From NCBI GenBank assembly GCA_000004985.1, contig GG738852.1: a stretch of DNA of 64,000 nt; one strand, given 5' to 3'. A program made the translations under genes and the position numbers. Each line of letters starts with the position of its first letter. Positions within the stretch are counted from its first letter, which is position 1. Shown here one piece after another: positions 9,923-19,082 of the stretch. The DNA is from Naegleria gruberi. Lineage: Eukaryota. The notes beneath the pieces are model-generated. The model had not been told where the DNA came from. It saw only the letters and a list, made by a program, of their open reading frames with translations, and ran no database searches.

Positions 9923-11251
9923 TTATATAGCAACACCTTTTGGTTCAGTATTGGAACTACCTAGTTTCATTGGCCTCATTGTCGGGAATGTATTTGTGAC
10001 ATCTACGATTGGGATATCTGCAACTACTTGCGATTGAATTCTTGTATATTTGGTACATGGCCACAAATCGTCTGTTGGACATTGTTTTGGATCAAAAGCT
10101 TCAACTTCAAATGAAACTGGATAAATCAAAGTTTCCCAACATTTTGGCATATCGTAGTGTTCAGTTGCTCTGATGGTACTAACTTTACCAAGATGAAATA
10201 ACAAGTTATACTTATAGGCAACCATATATCTATTTCCAAAATAGGCTAGTGAACTTGGTGTTTCTCTTGCAGCAAATTCAGTAAATAAGTGATCTGGAGG
10301 TCTCTTTCCAATTCTCTTAATCAAATGCTCGGCATAAGCTGCAACATCTCCATTTTCATTTCTCATAATGATACCGTTGAGTCCACTTGCAATACGAATG
10401 GCAGCCCATCCATTTTCTCCATATCTAGCATTTGATTTTTCAATCAAGTGTAAGATTGTAGTGAGAGCAAGTTCACAAACAAGAAAATCATCTTCCACAA
10501 TTAGTAAATATTTGGTCTTTTTGTCAACAGAAGAGAGAAAATGTATAACATCTGAGGTTTGTCTGTGTGCAGTTGGAGGAATAATAGATTTTCCATCAGG
10601 AGCTTGATATACCTCACTAGTATCCAATTTGTTAAAATTCCAAACCTTTCTTTCCTCATTTCCATAAGTTGTTTCCTTATATTGATCGTGTAATTTTTCA
10701 AAAAGTTCATGTTTTTCATTTCCTCTCATGTTCATAACATACATGGAGATTAACTTGCCAAGAATTGGATGTTTTTGAAATTCTGCATGATATGAGGCCA
10801 AAGTTGGTGTGAAATAATCAACTTTTAATTGTTGCTTTGGACCTCTTGGTATTGTAGGCATAACAATACCCAAGTAAGGAAGAGTTTTCAAATCCTTGTT
10901 CAGGTAATCAGAAATTCCTTCATAATTTTCCAACTCTATTTCCGTTGGATTTTTAGCAATCCTTCCTGAACCTTTTTGGCGATTTTCATTGTTTTTTTCA
11001 ATATTATTATTATTATTTGGTTTTACCAAGAGAGGTAAAACTGCAGGGTTATTAGGTTTTGTTCCTTCATTACCTTCCAACTGTATTGGTTTCTTTTTCT
11101 TTATAAAAAATCCAAATTGATAAATCACCAGAAACACAAAACACACTCCTAAAATTCCCACCAATAATTTTCGAGGAGTGATCAGTTTTTGTGTTGATTG
11201 GTTTGATGATGGTGTTGCATTGAAATCTCTGCCAAGTGAGAAAGTGGGCAT
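9923..11251 (-). CDS. Type II membrane protein, putative GT54/MGAT4-like glycosyltransferase.
   Basis: N-terminal signal anchor (LLVGILGVCFVFLVIYQF). Segments GIVMPTIPRG and KYLLIVEDDFLV resemble the GnT-IV family (LLVGIPTVKR; IQLEDDIIV). A-rich start context (ctgaaaaaaATG). The family assignment is tentative. Confidence 0.35.
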   Translation of the reverse strand: MPTFSLGRDFNATPSSNQSTQKLITPRKLLVGILGVCFVFLVIYQFGFFIKKKKPIQLEGNEGTKPNNPAVLPLLVKPNNNNNIEKNNENRQKGSGRIAKNPTEIELENYEGISDYLNKDLKTLPYLGIVMPTIPRGPKQQLKVDYFTPTLASYHAEFQKHPILGKLISMYVMNMRGNEKHELFEKLHDQYKETTYGNEERKVWNFNKLDTSEVYQAPDGKSIIPPTAHRQTSDVIHFLSSVDKKTKYLLIVEDDFLVCELALTTILHLIEKSNARYGENGWAAIRIASGLNGIIMRNENGDVAAYAEHLIKRIGKRPPDHLFTEFAARETPSSLAYFGNRYMVAYKYNLLFHLGKVSTIRATEHYDMPKCWETLIYPVSFEVEAFDPKQCPTDDLWPCTKYTRIQSQVVADIPIVDVTNTFPTMRPMKLGSSNTEPKGVAI

Positions 11252-11322
11252 TTTTTTCAGTTCTTTTTACACGTTCCAAGCAGCAAAGTCAAGTTTTTCA
11301 GAAACAATTTAAAAAATCAAAT

Positions 11323-13185
11323 TTAATGGATAGCAAGAGTACTTTCACAGACTCCACAAGCAACTTTTCTCTTCTTGTACCCAAAGTATGGTCTAGCAAC
11401 TGCTCCAAGATAACCACCAAACAAGGCCATAATAATCCAAGTGTAACCATGAATGGACATGCAACTAACGCCTGAAAAGTAAGCTCCAATGTTGCAACCA
11501 TAACCGAATTTAGCACCAATACCCATAGCAATACCTCCAATAATCTTTGCAATAGCAATTCCAAAGTTATCCTTAATCCAATCAACAAATCTTGAAATAT
11601 AATTAGAAATGGTGAAAAACACAGAAGCTCTATCTCCATTTTCGTCAGTTCTCTTTGGAGCAAAACTCTTCAAAGACATTCCATCTAGGAAACTTGGGAA
11701 TTTACCCTTCAATAAAGTGGCAATAATGGCACCATAAACAATACCAAAATCAAGAATAAAGTTTGGATTGAAAAGCATGTTAGCCTTTCTAAGATCAGTA
11801 CCCTTCCAAGCAGACCAGCCAGGAACATTTAAATTTGGAGCAATGGCATCCAAAATCTTACAACCAATAATTGCAAATGGACCAGTAAGTCCCATAGGAT
11901 GTTGAGTGATGAGAAGGAAGAAAAAGTTGAAAAAGGCCAAAGCAATACCAGTGCTCATAATATCCCAAGGTCCATAAATTAATTTAAAGATAATATTTGA
12001 AAAGAATTCCTTGATCTTTTGAGATGTAGAAAGTTGAACTTCTTCATTCTCTACTTGATTAATTAATCCTTCTCTAGAAGCTTCTTTTTGCTTTCTCTTA
12101 TTATAGAAATGAACTCCAATAGCAAAAGCAAGTAAAATAGTAATTTGTGTACACATGGCAAAAACTGCAATCAAATATTCCAACCAAGCATGTTTTTGTA
12201 AAAAGGCAATTCCATAACCCTTCTTTAAGAAAGCTCCTGGGAAGAGCAATGAGAGACCGACATGATTTGGGAATGAAATGTTCCAATCTCCTGCACTTTG
12301 CAAAGCAGTAGCAATAACACTTCCAGCAACAAAGAAAACCAACAAATATACACTCCATAAACTACCAGCACCTATAATTTAAATATTATAGAAAATTGAA
12401 TTAATCAGTGAACATACCAATGGTAAATAAGGTACCACTTGCACAAGCATCACCCAATTGCTGTTTGTCAAGTTAGTGAAATATTTCACATCGTGATTAC
12501 TTACCATACCAAAACCGAACAAGAAACCTCCCAAAATGATTGAGATAGTCATTGGTGAAGCTTCTGGGGCGTACATTTTCCATCCAGCAGCCTTATCGAT
12601 AATGTATAACATTGAAAAGAGGAAGGTAGCAATTGCAATCATTACTGCATGAGCTTGCATTGTTGAAAATTGTGGTAATACTTTTGAAGGTGGTAAGATA
12701 TTCTTCATTTTCTTTTCCTCATCCTCACTTTCCTCCCTCAATTCAATCATGACTGGTTCATATTGTTGTTTATATAAAACTCTAAAGTGAGCTCCAAATC
12801 CAAAAGCTCCTTGAATCAAAACAAATCCAAAACTAACAGAAACCAACATGAGTAAACCAAGTTTCCATGTTGGAGCTCCTTTCAAATCATGTTCTCCAAA
12901 ATATGCTCCTGCAAATCCCAACACGGAAAGAATAATAATAATTGCCAAAATGTGTGATGTAATTCTTCTCCACCCTTTCACTTGTTCCTTCCATTTAGTG
13001 CAAGATGATGATTTTTCTTCCAATGATGATGACGGAAGTGATGAAGAGTTTGGTATTGTTGAATAGGGAGATGAATAGAGTGCTGCATTATTATTAATGA
13101 GTGGTTTGGAAACCTCTCCTCCTTGATGATTTCTGAACGACATTTTTTTGAACACAAACGAGATTTCAATGGAGCGAGAAACCAT
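11323..13185 (-). CDS. YeeE/YedE-type (sulfur-transport domain) multipass membrane protein with two tandem repeats. Exon 1 is 13185..12418, then a 46-nt intron (GTATGT...TTATAG), exon 2 is 12371..11323.
   Basis: The two large minus-strand ORFs join in phase 0 (...VVPYLPL | GAGSLWSVYLLVFF...). Both halves carry the family glycine-rich motif (ILGGFLFGFGM; IGGIAMGIGAKFGYGCNIG with the conserved Cys) and many TM helices. The nested opposite-strand ORFs are spurious. Confidence 0.5.
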
Positions 13186-13609
13186 GTGATCGCCGAAATT
13201 ATTTGGTGAAGAATACTAGTTGACAATTTAATGGTTTAGAATGAAAATCTAATAAATCTAATTGATATTCTCTACTCTCTCAGTACCAAAGTGGAAGGTT
13301 TCAAGGAGTTTTGAGGAGTTTGATATTTATTGGATTTTTTTGTAAACATTGTTTCTATTCAAGATTTTATAAAAGGATTTTTAATCTTACCTTGCTACTG
13401 TTAACTTACATTTAGTATTAGTGATTAATTATTTCTAGAAAGGAAGAGAACATGACATTACATTCATCTAATACAACCAACAAATTATTACTCGTAAATA
13501 GTTGTTGTTTATCATCAGTAAAAAATTTAAACGCAAACAACTCTCCTCATCTTGGTTGTTTCCTCTTAATCAACATCACCATCAGTTAAATAAATTATTT
13601 AAATTAAGG

Positions 13610-14410
13610 ATGAGAGTTGTTGTGGAGTCTTCCAGAAAGGATCGTGTTGGATTCGTCATCACAATTGTAATGCTCTGTGCAATTGTTTTATTATTTGCAA
13701 CTGGGAGTGTTCACTCAGCAAAGACATTAAAAACCTCCAAAACAACAAAAACCTCAACAACAACAGCTATTAAGGAAGGTATTCCAAACATTTCTATTGA
13801 TAACTTTGGAGATATACAATTCATGAATGTGGAACACTCTCTCACAGAAGAAGTGGCTAGTAATCTTACCAAGACAGACCTCTCTATTCAGGTTGGAGAG
13901 ATGGTTTCAAAACAATTATCCAAAATCACCAATGTAAGGGAATCATTCCTACATGCTGATCCATTCGGAACTGTGTATCAAATTGAAGATTTTTCCAAAA
14001 CAACTCAATCCTTAATGACCAACAGTAACAACGACACTAAATTACCACCATTGAAATTAGAATTAACATTTGATAAGAAAAATCCAAATAGTGATAATGC
14101 AACCCGATACTTGGATATTGTTACTCCAGTGACACAAATATTGAATAATGAAAACAATCCAGTTGCCTACTGTGTTGGTAGGGCTGCATCTAATTTGTTA
14201 GCCAATCAAATAACTCTTCAAGTATTGGCTGATCTTTATGGAAAAGTCTCCACTCAATACTTGTCTTCTAAATTTACATTTGAGGTTTCAAAGAGTTCCT
14301 ACGAGAAGGAATTGAATGTTTACAATCCTATTGTGAAGAGGTTCAACAAAGCCTTAGAGAATATGAAGAATCTTATCAATACAAAGAAAGAACTTCTCTC
14401 CAAACAATAA
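13610..14410 (+). CDS. Hypothetical secreted or membrane protein with an N-terminal signal sequence and a T-rich stalk.
   Basis: The first ATG (MRVVVESSRKDRVGFVITIVMLCAIVLLFATGSVHS) encodes a signal-peptide-like start. No recognised domain. Confidence 0.3.
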   Translation: MRVVVESSRKDRVGFVITIVMLCAIVLLFATGSVHSAKTLKTSKTTKTSTTTAIKEGIPNISIDNFGDIQFMNVEHSLTEEVASNLTKTDLSIQVGEMVSKQLSKITNVRESFLHADPFGTVYQIEDFSKTTQSLMTNSNNDTKLPPLKLELTFDKKNPNSDNATRYLDIVTPVTQILNNENNPVAYCVGRAASNLLANQITLQVLADLYGKVSTQYLSSKFTFEVSKSSYEKELNVYNPIVKRFNKALENMKNLINTKKELLSKQ

Positions 14411-15325
14411 ATTACTCCCTCTTTTTAAAATTGATTACTTGATAATTATCTGTGTTAAAAATCCGAAAAGATTCTAATTTAATTATTATAATAATTTTAA
14501 ATCTTTTTTATAATAATTGATTAACTCGTCCGTGGTTACAATATTGAAGAGTAATCTATTAAACTATGTTACTAGCAATAATTAAATACAACTGTAGAAT
14601 AAAACATACTACAAGATCTAGAATTGTCTCGCTTTGCGTATAATAGTAATTTGAAATTACTGGAGAGTACCTAAAAGTAACATGCCAGCTTTCACACCAT
14701 AATCAAACTTTGTAATCCAAATACATCAGGAAAACTTGGCCCGATTGAACAATTATCTATTATTACTTTTAAATACTTTCATCTTTTCAATAAAAAGTGT
14801 CAGAAAAAGTGATTCTAACAAAAACATCATCCCTTCAACTAACACGTGTTTGACTCTCAACGTTGAGCTGCCAACACCATACATCCAATCGTTTTTTGTT
14901 TGCTTCCGTAACAAACCGAACTTTCAGTATTGTAATCACCTTGATTTGCGTCATTGGTTCCATTTCATTTCTTCATCCTTGCCTATTTTAAGTTTCACAG
15001 TTCACGTTACCAACTGTTGTGTGTAACAACAAACAGCTGTTTTACTCCCACCACGCATCAACAAACTCCTTTCTTGCCCTCTGCCTATTTTCTCTCTGAG
15101 GCAAAGTGTCTTTGAGGAGTGACTCAACGGTTAAGATAATTTTAATAACTACATTAGCTAAAAAAATTTTGCAAACAAGAGAGGTCCTGACCACGTTCAG
15201 TCTTTTTATTCCTCCTCATCCTCTTCCAACTATTTACTGTTGTTTATTAATCCAACCACTATTGATTGTTCAACTATTCTATCACTAGCACCAATAACAA
15301 CACTTGTGTACATACATTTAAAAAG

Positions 15326-17239
15326 ATGAGTTACGCCTCCCCAACAAATAACTTTGACTTTGAATCCCTCTTCTTAGAAGAAGAACAGGAAGTACCACTC
15401 AACTTTTATCAAAGTCCAACTGAAAGTTTATTATCAACTAGTAGCAGTGGTACCGATCATACCAATTCTTCTAATGAACAACAACAACAAATTACCTATG
15501 ATGTTATCAGTGATGGTTATGTTTTTGGTAACGACTTTGATATGAATGCTCAAAAGCAAAAGGGTTTAAAACAAGAAGATTTGGCTGCTGCTAATCCATT
15601 CTATAATCAAACTAATACTCCAAATGCTAATAATCAATTCTCCTCACTTAATCCACTGAATAACTTTATGTATAATCAAAACCAAAAACCAGGTTTTATG
15701 GGATATCAAAATCCACAATTGATGGGACAACTTGGAATGTACTTCCCACACACCTTCCCTAATGTATTCCCACAATTCGGTAATCAACCATTCCCATTCC
15801 CAAACAATAATCTTATCTATACATCACCAAATACATCACCAATTGGTCTTGCAACAAGTCCAAACTCGAATAATAGTAATGGTGTTACACCTTCATCGAA
15901 TACATCAAATAGTACAACTGCTACTACTACTTCAGCAGCCACTACACAACCAGCTGAATCTAAAACAAAGGCCTCCAGAAGAAAATCAGCAAAGAAGAAT
16001 ACTAAATCAACAACAACCACAGCAACTACTACAACAACTACTTCTTCAACAACATCCAAGAATGAAGAAACAACTACAACAACTAGTCCTTCTACAACCA
16101 CTTCAGATGAACAAAAATCGACAAAGGCCTCTACACCAGAACCAACAGACTCTGATAACTCTAATCAATCCTCTGAAAAGGAAGAAATTGACTCTTCTTC
16201 ATCTTCATCTGAAAAGAAATCTGAAGAAAAGAAGAGAAAGAGAAAATCCAAGAAGGATGGTAAAGATGGTAAAGCTTTGACTCCTGAAGAAGAAAAGGAA
16301 TTAAAGAGACAACGTCGTCTCATCAAGAATCGTGAGTCTGCTCAAGCTTCTAGAGAACGTAAAAAGATTTATATTCAAGGTCTGGAAAAGAAGGTTGATG
16401 GTCTTGCCCAAGAATTCAATGAATTACAAGGACACGTTGTATCTTTGGAAGAAGAAAATGAAATTCTCAGACAACGTTTAAAGATGCTAGGTGAACATGT
16501 TGAAGAACCAAGCAATAAGAAGAGAAAGATGGCTCCAATGACATCTTCTGGACAAATGAAGGTACCAATTCCAATGGATTCCAGATCATTTGCCAATCCA
16601 TTCATGTTAGATTTTTGGAGTCTCTTTGGTATGCAACAACAATTGCAACAAACACAACAAGCTGCTCCTGACATGGCTCAACTCAATCCAAGAGCTGCCT
16701 CATCATCTAGAAGAGTTGTCATGTTTATTATGTTGTTCTGTGTTGCTATGTTTTTGGTTTTACCACATTCTTCTGATATCAAGTTTGATAGTCAAACTAC
16801 TACTACTACAACAACTGAACAAACTGAATCTGTTACTAGTAGATTGAGTCCAGCTTCCAGAAAGCTTGCATCAACAGATCAAAAGGATACAATGGTAGAT
16901 GTTTCTATAGATGCGTCCCAAAAACCGTTTGTTGATGAGGACTTTAAGAAGAATGTTGCTGAAATTTATCAAACATTCCAACAAGTCAGATCTGAAGCTT
17001 CTGAAAATTCTGAAGAATCTGAAAAGCCAACTATTGATGATTTGGCTTCCCGTATCAATGTTGTTTTTGATACTGACAAGATTTCTCTCTCCTTCCCAAA
17101 GTCTATTTTGGTTAAGAAGGAAGAAGAATCTGATGAAATGGTAGATGAAGAACAATTCTCCAACTCAACCTACGATGAAAAGATGTCCTCACTTTCTACT
17201 AAACTTTTGAAGGAAATTTGTCGTGTTGTCAACCATTAA
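15326..17239 (+). CDS. Membrane-tethered bZIP transcription factor (ATF6/CREB3-like architecture).
   Basis: Basic region and leucine zipper at ~16295-16500 (KRQRRLIKNRESAQASRERKKIYIQGLEKKV...LEEENEILRQRLKML). A hydrophobic TM segment (VVMFIMLFCVAMFLVLP, ~16716-16766) follows, then a luminal tail. The N-terminal part is Q/N/T-rich. ATG at 15326 in context aaaaagATG. Confidence 0.7.
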   Translation: MSYASPTNNFDFESLFLEEEQEVPLNFYQSPTESLLSTSSSGTDHTNSSNEQQQQITYDVISDGYVFGNDFDMNAQKQKGLKQEDLAAANPFYNQTNTPNANNQFSSLNPLNNFMYNQNQKPGFMGYQNPQLMGQLGMYFPHTFPNVFPQFGNQPFPFPNNNLIYTSPNTSPIGLATSPNSNNSNGVTPSSNTSNSTTATTTSAATTQPAESKTKASRRKSAKKNTKSTTTTATTTTTTSSTTSKNEETTTTTSPSTTTSDEQKSTKASTPEPTDSDNSNQSSEKEEIDSSSSSSEKKSEEKKRKRKSKKDGKDGKALTPEEEKELKRQRRLIKNRESAQASRERKKIYIQGLEKKVDGLAQEFNELQGHVVSLEEENEILRQRLKMLGEHVEEPSNKKRKMAPMTSSGQMKVPIPMDSRSFANPFMLDFWSLFGMQQQLQQTQQAAPDMAQLNPRAASSSRRVVMFIMLFCVAMFLVLPHSSDIKFDSQTTTTTTTEQTESVTSRLSPASRKLASTDQKDTMVDVSIDASQKPFVDEDFKKNVAEIYQTFQQVRSEASENSEESEKPTIDDLASRINVVFDTDKISLSFPKSILVKKEEESDEMVDEEQFSNSTYDEKMSSLSTKLLKEICRVVNH

Positions 17240-17452
17240 TTTTGTAAATAAATCTAGTTTTTTTAATTAAACCTCAGACATTGATACAATCTTATTTATT
17301 GAAATAGTATTAATAAATAAACCTGAGAGACCACAAATAGTATTAATAAGCTGGAGTGTTTGAGGAGTATTCAAGGAGTTACTGAACAATAAAACAAATT
17401 AATTCTGAGAATAGCTTTCTGGACAATTCTCACAATTTAAAAAATCAAAAAA

Positions 17453-18682
17453 ATGCTTTCAAAAACACTTTTCAACAGAAAGTCAGCATCAGTCTTTCAA
17501 CAATACACCAAGTCTTCATTATCCCAAAGACTCTTTTCCACCACTACTAATTTATGCAATAATAACACATCATCAATTAATAGAGTTGTTTTTTCGGGAA
17601 TTCAACCAACAGGAAATCTTCACCTCGGAAATTATTTAGGAGCTGTTAAAAATTGGGTTACATTATGTAATGATGATAACATTCAACAAATTGAAACCCT
17701 GATCCATCCAAAGGATAAGGAAACACAAAAACCATCAACAATTCCACTCGATGGAAGTGGTCCATTATTTCACAAGAAATTCTTTTGTGTTGTTGATTTA
17801 CATGCCATCACAGTTCCTCAAGATCCTAAAACCCTCAAAGAGTCATCATTTAATTTAATTGCCATGTTGCTTGCCTGTGGATTAGATCCTAAAAAGTGTT
17901 CACTCTTTTTCCAATCTCAAATTCCAGCTCACTCTCAACTTTCTTGGATTCTTGGATGTTTTATTACAGAAAATAGATTAAAGAGAATGCATCACTATAA
18001 GGATAAAAAGAATGATCTCAGTTCAATTGGTTTAGTGAGTTATCCTGTATTAATGAGTGCTGATATTTTACTGTATAGTTTAAAGGGAAATGAATTGTAC
18101 ATTCCAGTTGGTGACGATCAAAGACAACATTTGGAATTGGCACAAGAAGTTGCTCAACAAATGAATTTCAAATTTGATGGATTGTTTGATGTTCCTAGAG
18201 GAATTTATCCACCTCATGCCTATCGTGTTATGAGTTTGAGAGATGGCACTAAAAAGATGAGTAAGAGTGATACAAGTGACATGTCTAGAATTAATTTAGT
18301 TGATGAAGATGATGTCATTCTTCAAAAGATTAAGAAGGCCAAGACTGACACATTGGATGGGCCTATTTACTATAATAAGGATACAAGACCTGAGGTTACA
18401 AATTTGATAGATATTTATGCAGCATTGAGAGGAATGACAGCAGAACAAGTTGTTCAATCCTATTCCCACATTACTGAACAAGCTAATTCTAAATTCAAAA
18501 AGGAATTGGCAGAGGTTGTTATCGAATCTATTAGGCCAATCAGAGAAAATTACAAACACTACTTGAATAACCCGGAATTCATTCATCAAGTTGTTCAAGA
18601 TGGTGCTGATTATGCTAATCATGTAACACAAGTGGCACTTCGTGAAATTATGGACCAAGTAGGATTCTACAAGAAACCTTAA
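17453..18682 (+). CDS. WARS2: Tryptophanyl-tRNA synthetase, mitochondrial type (bacterial-like class I).
   Basis: GIQPTGNLHLGNYLG carries the HIGH-class signature typical of TrpRS. KMSKS is present (KKMSKSD, ~18252). The N-terminal presequence is S/T/R-rich. A-rich start context. Confidence 0.8.
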   Translation: MLSKTLFNRKSASVFQQYTKSSLSQRLFSTTTNLCNNNTSSINRVVFSGIQPTGNLHLGNYLGAVKNWVTLCNDDNIQQIETLIHPKDKETQKPSTIPLDGSGPLFHKKFFCVVDLHAITVPQDPKTLKESSFNLIAMLLACGLDPKKCSLFFQSQIPAHSQLSWILGCFITENRLKRMHHYKDKKNDLSSIGLVSYPVLMSADILLYSLKGNELYIPVGDDQRQHLELAQEVAQQMNFKFDGLFDVPRGIYPPHAYRVMSLRDGTKKMSKSDTSDMSRINLVDEDDVILQKIKKAKTDTLDGPIYYNKDTRPEVTNLIDIYAALRGMTAEQVVQSYSHITEQANSKFKKELAEVVIESIRPIRENYKHYLNNPEFIHQVVQDGADYANHVTQVALREIMDQVGFYKKP

Positions 18683-18741
18683 TAAACATCAGCTTGAAAG
18701 CTGGTTGGAATATAAATAAATATATGGGAGTAGAAATTGAT

Positions 18742-18832
18742 GGTGAGTTGGTCGAGTGGTCTAAGACGACACGTTAAGGTATGATTAATACCGTGTTCCG
18801 CAAGGGCGTGGGTTCAAATCCCACACTCATCA
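18742..18832 (+). tRNA. tRNA-Leu(AAG), type II with a long variable arm and an 11-nt intron (TATGATTAATA) 3' of anticodon position 37.
   Basis: Hand-folded cloverleaf. The acceptor stem GGTGAGT/ACTCATC has one G-U pair. The D-arm contains an A-box-like GTCGAGTGG. The anticodon stem ACACG/CGTGT has a loop TTAAGG|intron|T. The variable arm is TCCGCAAGGGC. The T-arm GTGGGTTCAAATCCCAC carries a B-box. The discriminator is A. A T4 run follows at ~18836. Confidence 0.85.
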
Positions 18833-19082
18833 AATTTTGCCCTCAATTTTCAACGTTTTTCCAACTTTGAGAAGTAAGCCTGTTAATTCTTATTTACTTT
18901 TCAACATGCTTTTTATAAATTAAATCTTGCAATAATCTGACTCTTTTTACAAAGGTTGGAGTAAATCTTTCTTCGCTATACATTTTGAGAATATTTTGTA
19001 AATCCTCTGGTGTGAACAATCTTGCACAGTGAATTACAAATGTTTCCACAAAGTCCTTGCACAATGAATCAACTTCCAGTAC

